This document shows, piece by piece, positions 7,121 through 13,636 of a stretch of DNA of 23,182 nucleotides. The notes under the pieces were generated by a model that did no database searches, was not told the DNA's origin, and saw only the letters and a list, made by a program, of their open reading frames with translations. Numbering within the stretch: position 1 is the stretch's first letter; each line of letters begins with the position of its first letter. Origin of the DNA: an uncultured Planctomycetaceae bacterium (lineage in GTDB: Bacteria > Planctomycetota > SZUA-567); the NCBI GenBank assembly GCA_964496245.1, contig CAZBZG010000008.1, forward strand, positions 1-23,182. The letters are read 5' to 3'. Both the position numbers and the translations under genes were made by a program.

Positions 7121-7495
7121 ATGTCGGATATGAACGAGATGCGCACGAGCCAGCTCTGGGGGCTCGCCTGCCAGTTCGCCAGGCGCATGTTCGACATCGG
7201 GAACCGAAATCCTTTTGCCAGCGACAGATTCCTCAGAGAACGCATCCGGGCGGCAGCGCTCCAGCTGACCGCCCGCGTGTTCGAGTCCTACGAAACCACG
7301 AATCAAGGCCTTCGAAGCCTCCACCTCGTGGCAGCCGCCGAGAGCGCGCAGGAGCTGCGCCACTACCTCAGCCTGGCCGATCGCACCACCGCAATTCCAC
7401 CCCTCCTCCTGGACGAAGCCCACAGCCTGGCCGAGGATTTGGAGGGCGTTCTCTCCTACGCGAGCGACACGGATGCGCTGGCTTGGCCGGCGTGA
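7121..7495 (+). CDS. Four-helix-bundle protein (TIGR02436-like; 23S rRNA intervening-sequence protein family), 124 aa
   Basis: ATG at 7121. The family pattern LWGLACQFARRMFDI...LRERIRAAALQLTARVFES...LHLVAAAESAQELRHYLSLADR is present but diverged. An AT-rich -10-like gataat sits at 7079-7084. Confidence 0.45.
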   Translation: MSDMNEMRTSQLWGLACQFARRMFDIGNRNPFASDRFLRERIRAAALQLTARVFESYETTNQGLRSLHLVAAAESAQELRHYLSLADRTTAIPPLLLDEAHSLAEDLEGVLSYASDTDALAWPA

Positions 7496-7540
7496 CCGCT
7501 CCGTGTACCGACGAAGCCGACATCTGCGCAAAGCGCTCGG

Positions 7541-8077
7541 CTACCTCGCCACCACGCCGAACCGGTACATGCCCTGCTCCATGAGAAACTCGTACCCGGA
7601 TTCTTCGCCGATCTGGCAGAGGGGGCGTTTGGGCTCCTCGTGAACCCAGACCGCCACGACTACGCCCGCGAAGATGGTGTGGTCTCCGGTGGTCAACTGG
7701 CCGGCGAGTCTGCATTCGAGGTTCGCAATGCACTCGGCAACCAGCGGACCCTTGACCTGCTCGCCTTGGACGGGCGTCACGCCGCACGCTGCGAATTTGT
7801 CGGAGTCCCGGCCGCTCTTGGTGCCGGCCAGCATGGTGGCTTGGGCCAGATCCTCTCCCGGCCAGGCGAGCACGAACTCCTCGGACGTGGCGATCAGGTC
7901 GTGCGTGAAGCGGCTCGGCGCCACCGAGATGGCCATCATGGGCGGGGACATGGACGTGGTCATCTTCCATCCGATGGGACAGATGCTCCGCCGGCCTTCT
8001 GCCTCGGCCACGGCCCAACAGATCCGCTGAGGCCGGCCACAGCAGGTCTTGAACTCTCCGAGTGTCGCTTTGCGCAT
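7541..8077 (-). CDS. Flavin reductase-like FMN-binding split-barrel protein, 178 aa
   Basis: ATG at 8077 with SD AAGGAGA. The sequence ...EFVLAWPGEDLAQATMLAGTKSGRDSDKFAACGVTPVQGEQVKGPLVAECIANLECRL...DHTIFAGVVVAVWV matches the flavin reductase / HpaC-like fold. Confidence 0.75.
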   Translation of the reverse strand: MRKATLGEFKTCCGRPQRICWAVAEAEGRRSICPIGWKMTTSMSPPMMAISVAPSRFTHDLIATSEEFVLAWPGEDLAQATMLAGTKSGRDSDKFAACGVTPVQGEQVKGPLVAECIANLECRLAGQLTTGDHTIFAGVVVAVWVHEEPKRPLCQIGEESGYEFLMEQGMYRFGVVAR

Positions 8078-8142
8078 GCTTTCTCCTTGCGTACAGAACG
8101 TTCGCGTCGGGCTCGCGCGTCAGCCGTCCGTTTCCGCGCGCC

Positions 8143-9759
8143 TCACGGAATGCGGATGTCCGCTTCCGCGCGCAGCTCTGCAACCCACCGGTCGATGGCC
8201 TGCCGCCGATTGCGCCGGACCAGCGCCTTGCGGATCTCCGCGCTCACCTCGCCGAGCGGCCGCACGGCTGAGGGCCGGATAACTTCGGGCAGGACGAGCG
8301 CAATGCAGCCGGGCAGGAGAACCGGGCCGAGCACCTTTCCGGGCGCGGCCTCCCCCAGAGCGCCCGCGACCGGCGAGGCGAGCAGCGTCAGGGGTACGAG
8401 CGGCTCGTCCGCCACCTGGACCACACCGCCGCGCCGGGCCGAGGGATCTTCCGAGTACTTGTAGACCAGGTCGCGAAACGACGCGCCCCCTTCCAGCGCC
8501 GTCACGACCTCGCGCACGATTCGCTGCGCCGAACGCGTATCGTCCCGGCCGGTGCGATCCAGGAAAACCACGAGCCCGCGCACGCCCACGCGACACGGCT
8601 GCAGGAATTCGCGCCGGTGGGTCTCGTAGTAGCGGCGGATCTCGTCGGGTGTCGGATGCAGCCCGGCCTCCGGACGGCGTTCGGCGAGCTTCTCGAGCGT
8701 GCGTGCGTACCGGGCTTCCTGCAGGCGCAGCGCCTCGTCCCCCGCATGCCGGCCCTGTCGGCCTAACCCGTCGGCCCGCGCCACCACCTCGTCGGCGGGC
8801 ACCCGGATGCCGGCGGCTTCGGCCTCCTGGAACAGCAGGGTCCGGTTGATCAACATCTCCAGGGCCTTGCGCCGGAATTCCGGCTTCTTCTTCTCCAGGA
8901 GCGCCCGTCCCTGGCGCGTGAAGGCCCGGCGTCCCAGATCGAGCCGCGCCCGGGCCAGGGCCGCTTCGACCGCGACCTCCAGGTCGGCGGCGTGGATGGG
9001 CTGTCCGTTGACCCGGGCCACCACGCGCAAAGACCCCGCCTCTTCCGAGGCGGCGACCGGCGGAAGCGCCGTGTCCGGGCCGTCGCCGTAATCCGCAGGC
9101 CGGGGCGCGGAGATCGGCTCCAGGCCCTCCTCGGCCAGCGCCACCTGCACCGGCTCCTCGGCCTTGGCGCGGGGCTTGAACGCGGGCGGCAGACCGGGAA
9201 CGGGCGCGAGCTCCGGCGCCAGTGCCATGTCGTTCTGCGGCAGCGACGCGGTGGCCGGCTCCTCGGCGAGTTCAGGCCCCCGCAGGGCCGAAAGATCGCC
9301 GCCACCGGACGGGTAAGATGCACCGGCGGAGGACGGTCCATCGTCCTGCGGAGGCAGGATCTCGGCCGGCACCTCCCGCAGGTCCGGCAGCCAGCCGGTG
9401 CCCTCTTCGCGCCCCTCCTGGAGCACGGCTTGCCGCAGCACCCGCTGTACGTGCCCGCACGTGCCGCAGCGGATCCACTGGCCCGGCTTGAACCGCTTCA
9501 CATCCATGCGGGCCCCGCAACGGGGACAGACCTGGTAGACGTTGGTCAGGAGGTGCCTGGTGGGAAGCCGCGGCTGCACGGTGTCGCAGCCGGGACACTG
9601 GATTCGCGCGCCGGGCGGCACCGTGGTCACGAGCAACGCCTTCTTGCAGGTGAGGCAGAACTGCACGCGCCGCAATTCCACGGTGGGGCCGTTGATGTCG
9701 AACTCGGCCGCGCCAGCGCGTCCCACAACCGGGAACGCGAACAGGCACACGGCCAGCAT
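8143..9759 (-). CDS. Chimeric exported protein of 538 aa: N-terminal signal or anchor peptide, two MJ0042-type zinc ribbons, a Pro/Ala-rich linker, a SurA-N-like chaperone domain and a parvulin (PpiC-type) PPIase-like domain
   Basis: ATG at 9759 gives MLAVCLFAFPVVGRAGAA. The ribbons are CLTCKK...CPGC and CPRCG...CGTCGH. SurA_N-like: RVVARVNGQPIHAADLEVAVEAA...LEMLINRTLLFQEA. Parvulin-like: RVGVRGLVVFLDRTGRDDTRSAQRIVREVVTALEGGASFRDLVYKYSEDPSARRGGVV. The N-terminal 469 aa of the 1007-aa track ORF are RG-rich junk in the same frame as this gene. Confidence 0.65.
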   Translation of the reverse strand: MLAVCLFAFPVVGRAGAAEFDINGPTVELRRVQFCLTCKKALLVTTVPPGARIQCPGCDTVQPRLPTRHLLTNVYQVCPRCGARMDVKRFKPGQWIRCGTCGHVQRVLRQAVLQEGREEGTGWLPDLREVPAEILPPQDDGPSSAGASYPSGGGDLSALRGPELAEEPATASLPQNDMALAPELAPVPGLPPAFKPRAKAEEPVQVALAEEGLEPISAPRPADYGDGPDTALPPVAASEEAGSLRVVARVNGQPIHAADLEVAVEAALARARLDLGRRAFTRQGRALLEKKKPEFRRKALEMLINRTLLFQEAEAAGIRVPADEVVARADGLGRQGRHAGDEALRLQEARYARTLEKLAERRPEAGLHPTPDEIRRYYETHRREFLQPCRVGVRGLVVFLDRTGRDDTRSAQRIVREVVTALEGGASFRDLVYKYSEDPSARRGGVVQVADEPLVPLTLLASPVAGALGEAAPGKVLGPVLLPGCIALVLPEVIRPSAVRPLGEVSAEIRKALVRRNRRQAIDRWVAELRAEADIRIP

Positions 9760-9782
9760 CCAACGCGAGTCCCTGCGTGGTT

Positions 9783-11039
9783 TCACCGACGCTCTCCCCC
9801 TGCCGCGCCCTGTGCAGCTGCAGCCGCTGGATCGCCCCGGTCGGGCGGGGCCGGCGGAAGCGGATCGGCTGCGCGTTCCTCGCCGGTCGCATCGTTGACA
9901 GGCGCCAAGGGCGCGCCCCCTTCTGCCAGCGGTGCCGTCAGCCCGGCAGCGCCGTCCTCCACAGGCGCCTCGCCTTGCCGCGTCGCCGCCGTGCCCGCTG
10001 GCGCGAGCGGGGGCACGGGTACGACCAGCTTCCGCGGCCGCGGCTCGTCCGCCGGCTCCTTGGCTGGAAGCGGTGGGAGGGAGAAGCGGCGAAGATCCTC
10101 GGGCATGGCCGACCGGTCCGTTGCCGCAGCGTGCGGCGTCTTTGGCGCCGGCGAAACCGGAGCGCCGGCTGCGGGGCCGCGCACCTGCTCGCGATCCACA
10201 GGCATCGGCGGCAAGTCGCGCACCTCGTTGGAGGGCCGCGCGGCCGCCGGGCCCTGCAAGGTCGCCATGGCGCCGGACCGGTCCGCTTCGACAGGTCGCA
10301 CGCTCCCCTCCGGCCCGATCTCGTACGTGCGAAGCCTTTCGTCCAGCGCGCGCGCGCGCAGCCGACAGGTCTCCCCCGCCCGCTCCAATGCGAACGCGTA
10401 GCGCTGGAGGCAGAGGAGCCCTTCGTTCGTCTGCAGGGCGCGAGCCTTGCAGAGCTCGTCGGGCGCGAGCGTGACGCCTTTGGCCCGGGCCTCCCGCACC
10501 CGCCCGCTCGACCAGAGCCGGGGCAAGAGGTGGCGCGCCGCCGCCTCCGCCCGGGCCGCCTGCTCGCGCGCGGCTGCCACCAGGAACCATTGGCCGGCCT
10601 CGCGCACCATGAGCGCCGTGACCAGCACCCCGCGTTCGGTCCCGGCGGATCGCCTCGCCGCCACGAAGCGGAGCTGCGCCAGGTCGCCCTGGACCTGCAT
10701 CTGCCCCTCGTCCACGGGCGAGAGCGTGGCTTCGTAGCCCGCGGTCAGGGGATGGTAGTGGTTGGTGAAGGATTCGTAGGAAAAGACCTCGCGCGAGCGG
10801 GGCGAGAAACAGGCGTAGGCTTCTGGGAAACGCCCGGCACGCAGGTGTCCCACGAATCGGTCCCAGAGCGCGGCTGCGCCGAGTGCGTTGGCTGCTGAGG
10901 CGCCAGAGGATCGCACGCCCGCGCCCGGCCTGCGCGCCCCGGTCAGCGCTTCGCCGGCCGGAAGCCCGGCCGGCAGAAGCCCGAGAGCCGCAAGCCCGGC
11001 CGCGACCAAGAGAACTCGTTGGTTCGAAAGGGAATACAT
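9783..11039 (-). CDS. Secreted hypothetical protein of 418 aa: signal peptide, a small globular domain, a coiled region and a long Pro/Ala-rich tail
   Basis: ATG at 11039 gives MYSLSNQRVLLVAAGLAALGLLPAGLPAGEA (signal). A globular segment follows: ALWDRFVGHLRAGRFPEAYACFSPRSREVFSYESF...VLVTALMVREAGQWFLVAAA. The tail is Pro-rich, ...PVSPAPKTPHAAATD...PLPPAPPDRGD. GC3 is genome-like. Confidence 0.55.
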   Translation of the reverse strand: MYSLSNQRVLLVAAGLAALGLLPAGLPAGEALTGARRPGAGVRSSGASAANALGAAALWDRFVGHLRAGRFPEAYACFSPRSREVFSYESFTNHYHPLTAGYEATLSPVDEGQMQVQGDLAQLRFVAARRSAGTERGVLVTALMVREAGQWFLVAAAREQAARAEAAARHLLPRLWSSGRVREARAKGVTLAPDELCKARALQTNEGLLCLQRYAFALERAGETCRLRARALDERLRTYEIGPEGSVRPVEADRSGAMATLQGPAAARPSNEVRDLPPMPVDREQVRGPAAGAPVSPAPKTPHAAATDRSAMPEDLRRFSLPPLPAKEPADEPRPRKLVVPVPPLAPAGTAATRQGEAPVEDGAAGLTAPLAEGGAPLAPVNDATGEERAADPLPPAPPDRGDPAAAAAQGAAGGERR

Positions 11040-11152
11040 GGAACCCGATGGTAGGCCTCCGGCCGTGCGAAGTCAAGCGGAAACCAACTCCTATCGGATA
11101 GGCTGCCGGTGCACGCAAACGCCTCTGGATTCGCGGCTCAGGCGCTGGTAGG

Positions 11153-11527
11153 ATGACCTGCATCATGCCGTCCCGAGACCTCTGCCTCCGTTGCGGTCTG
11201 TGCTGCTACGAGAAACTGTGTCTCGACGACGGCCGCATCCTGATCACCGACATCCCCTGCGAACATCTCGACACCGCGACCAAGCTGTGCCGGATCTATG
11301 CCGAGCGGCAGGCGCGAAACCGCCGCTGCCTGCCCGCGGAACAGGCCAAGGCCCTCGGCATGCTACCGGCCCACTGCCCGTACGTGGCCGGCGACCCCGG
11401 CTACGAACCGCCTCTGCTCCTCAGCGAACACCCCGCGTACCGCCAAGAGGCCCACCGGCTCTTTGCCCAAGAACGGCGGGAGAGATCCTCAGCCTCGGAC
11501 GAGGATCCGGTCGGCGAAACGGGTTGA
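11153..11527 (+). CDS. YkgJ/UPF0153-family cysteine-cluster (Fe-S or zinc-chelating) protein, 124 aa
   Basis: The hallmark CLRCGLCC (CxxCGxCC) is present, followed by ...PCEHLDTATKLCRIYAERQARNRRC. The start could be ATG 11153 or ATG 11165. Confidence 0.5.
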   Translation: MTCIMPSRDLCLRCGLCCYEKLCLDDGRILITDIPCEHLDTATKLCRIYAERQARNRRCLPAEQAKALGMLPAHCPYVAGDPGYEPPLLLSEHPAYRQEAHRLFAQERRERSSASDEDPVGETG

Positions 11528-11617
11528 CAGGCGCGCGGGCGCGGGCATGCTGTGTGGCGACGCCTGTTGCTGCGCGGTCGCCGTCGATCAACGCTTCCTA
11601 GCCAGAGGAGAACGCCC

Positions 11618-12799
11618 ATGGCAGACCTCCGCGTCGGACTCGTCGGGACCGGTTTCGCCGGGAAGTTCCACACCGAATGCCTGCGCCGCATCCACGGCTT
11701 GGACGTCGAACTCGCCGGCGTGACCAGCCTGCGCGCCGAGAGCCGCGCCGCCTTCGGCAAGGAGCACGACATCGCGGTCTACGAAGACGTGGCCGCGATG
11801 CTCCCGCACATCGACGTGCTCGACATCTGTTCCCCGCCAGCCGCCCACGACCAAGGCATGCGCCTCGCCGCCGAAGCGGACAAACATATCATCTGCGAAA
11901 AACCCCTGTCCGGCTACTTCGGCCCACACGACGCGGGCGAGGCGTACCGCGGCAACGAGGACGCCAAGGAGCCCATGCTCGACAAGGTGGTGACCAAACT
12001 CGAGGATCTCGCCGCCACGATCCGGAAGGCCGGCGTCACGCTCGGCTATGCCGAGAACTTCGTCTACGCCCCGGCCGTGCAGAAGGAGCGGGAGATCCTC
12101 GAGAAGACCGGCGCACAGATTCTGCGCATGATGGGCGAGGAATCGCACAACGGATCGGGCAGCCCGGTCTACGGCCTCTGGCGCGAACAGGGCGGCGGCT
12201 CGCTCATGGGCAAAGGCTGCCACCCGCTCACCGCCCTGCTCTACCTCAAGCGCGTGGAGGGCCTGACGCGCACGGGCGAGCCCATCCGGCCGAAGACGGT
12301 CACCTGCCGGTGCGAGGAGCTGACCCGGCTGCCAGGCTACGAAGACCGTGGATTCATCCGCACCGAGTACTTGGACACCGAGGACCATGTGTGGGCCCAC
12401 GTCACCTTCACCGACGGCACCGTGGGCGACATCCAGAGCGGCGAGATCGTTCTCGGGGGCATCCACAATTACGTGGAGGTCTTCGCCAACAATCACCGCA
12501 CCCGCTGTAACCTGAGCCCAGCCAATATGATGGAAACGTTCAACCCCAAGGGAGAGCAGTACCGAGACGTGTACACCGTGGAGAAGATCAGCACCAAGGA
12601 GGGCTGGACCACCATGGTGCCGGACGAGAACTACACGCTCGGCTACCTCCACGAACTCCAGGATTTTCTGGAGTGCGTGGTCCGCGGGACCCAGCCCCAG
12701 AGCGATCTGAACCTGGCGCTGGACACCATCACCACCATCTACGCGGGCTACGTGTCCGACGAGAAGCAGGGCGCGGCCGTAGAAATCCCGCTGCTCTGA
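11618..12799 (+). CDS. Gfo/Idh/MocA-family NAD(P)-dependent oxidoreductase, 393 aa
   Basis: ATG at 11618 with SD GAGGAGA. The N-terminal Rossmann segment is MADLRVGLVGTGFAGKFH, followed by EKP and a C-terminal alpha/beta domain. Confidence 0.85.
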   Translation: MADLRVGLVGTGFAGKFHTECLRRIHGLDVELAGVTSLRAESRAAFGKEHDIAVYEDVAAMLPHIDVLDICSPPAAHDQGMRLAAEADKHIICEKPLSGYFGPHDAGEAYRGNEDAKEPMLDKVVTKLEDLAATIRKAGVTLGYAENFVYAPAVQKEREILEKTGAQILRMMGEESHNGSGSPVYGLWREQGGGSLMGKGCHPLTALLYLKRVEGLTRTGEPIRPKTVTCRCEELTRLPGYEDRGFIRTEYLDTEDHVWAHVTFTDGTVGDIQSGEIVLGGIHNYVEVFANNHRTRCNLSPANMMETFNPKGEQYRDVYTVEKISTKEGWTTMVPDENYTLGYLHELQDFLECVVRGTQPQSDLNLALDTITTIYAGYVSDEKQGAAVEIPLL

Positions 12800-12827
12800 G
12801 CGGCCTGCCGACGGTCGCGTTTTTTTT
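12800..12827 (+). terminator. Intrinsic terminator after the oxidoreductase gene
   Basis: gcggcc (12800-12805), loop tgccgac, then ggtcgc (12813-18), a 6-bp stem with one G-U pair, followed by 8 consecutive T (12820-12827). Confidence 0.55.
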
Positions 12828-12838
12828 GCCAAACGGGC

Positions 12839-12866
12839 TTGCACAAGCGCAGTCGGCTGGTATAGT
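12839..12866 (+). promoter_or_regulatory. Sigma70-like promoter TTGCAC-16-TATAGT for the corrinoid-protein gene
   Basis: ttgcac at 12839-12844 and tatagt at 12861-12866. The ATG at 12925 is preceded by the SD AAAGGAG. Confidence 0.5.
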
Positions 12867-12924
12867 CGTGCTAATTCGCGAAGGGCGAGAGCGCCTTCTT
12901 TTCGGACACAAAAGGAGCAGGGGT

Positions 12925-13554
12925 ATGGCTGACTACAACGAGATTTCCGAACTCCTACAGAAGGGCAAGGCCAAAGACGTCACGGAAAAAGTGCAGGAGG
13001 CCATCGACAGCGGCGCTCCGGTGGAGGAGATCCTGGAAAAGGGCCTGATCGCCGGCATGAACGTGATCGGCGGGAAGTTCAAGAACAACGAGATCTACGT
13101 GCCCGAGGTCCTGATCGCCGCACGCGCGATGAACAAGGCCATGGAAATCCTCGAACCCAAGCTGGTCGAGGCGGGCGTCGAGTCCAAAGGCAAACTGGTC
13201 ATCGGCACGGTCAAGGGCGACCTGCACGACATCGGCAAGAACCTGGTGGCCATGATGTACAAAGGCGCCGGGTACGATGTGATCGACCTCGGCATCGACG
13301 TGACGCCCGAGAAATTCGTCGAAGCCGCCAAGGAAAACAACGCCAAGCTCATCGGCCTGTCAGCCCTGCTCACCACCACCATGCCGGCCATGAAGGACGT
13401 CGTGGAGAAAGTCAAGTCCGAGGGCATGGACGACGTCAAGGTGGTGATCGGCGGCGCGCCCGTAACCCAGGCTTATGCCGACGAGATCGGCGCGGACGGC
13501 TACGCCCCGGATGCAGCGAGCGCCATCGAGGTCGGCCAGAAACTCGCCGGCTGA
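12925..13554 (+). CDS. Methyltransferase-type corrinoid protein (B12-binding cap domain plus Rossmann-like B12-binding domain), 209 aa
   Basis: The cap-domain helix is VPEVLIAARAMNKAMEILEPKL. The DxHxxG cobalamin-ligand motif is GDLHDIGKNLV. It continues ...GLSALLTTTMPAMKDVVEKV...VKVVIGGAPVT. This matches MtaC/MtbC/MtmC-like proteins. Confidence 0.85.
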   Translation: MADYNEISELLQKGKAKDVTEKVQEAIDSGAPVEEILEKGLIAGMNVIGGKFKNNEIYVPEVLIAARAMNKAMEILEPKLVEAGVESKGKLVIGTVKGDLHDIGKNLVAMMYKGAGYDVIDLGIDVTPEKFVEAAKENNAKLIGLSALLTTTMPAMKDVVEKVKSEGMDDVKVVIGGAPVTQAYADEIGADGYAPDAASAIEVGQKLAG

Positions 13555-13587
13555 GCTGCTCCGCCCGCAGATGGATTTGGCCCGCCG

Positions 13588-13626
13588 TCCTTTGGGGCGG
13601 CGGGCCCTTTCGTTTCCGCCGTTGTA
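13588..13626 (+). terminator. Intrinsic terminator after the corrinoid-protein gene
   Basis: ggcccgccg (13588-96), a 10-nt loop, then cggcgggcc (13607-15), a 9-bp perfect GC stem followed by ctttcgtttcc. Confidence 0.6.
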
Positions 13627-13636
13627 CCGGGATTCC

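Noticed and set aside
11091-11101. Palindrome ctatcGgatag in the secreted-protein / YkgJ divergent region
   Set aside because: It has only 5-bp arms, which is too short to call an operator without further evidence.
9760-11166. N-terminal 469 aa of the 1007-aa minus-strand ORF 8143..11166 (extremely Arg/Gly/Ala-rich)
   Set aside because: It overlaps the well-formed secreted-protein gene 9783..11039, which is in another frame and has genome-like GC3. The composition is what high-GC DNA gives in non-coding frames. The real gene starts at the ATG at 9759 (signal peptide).
12867-12924. Possible cobalamin riboswitch in front of the corrinoid-protein gene
   Set aside because: The leader between the -10 and the ATG is only about 55 nt. 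B12 riboswitches need more than 150 nt, and no B12-box-like sequence was seen.
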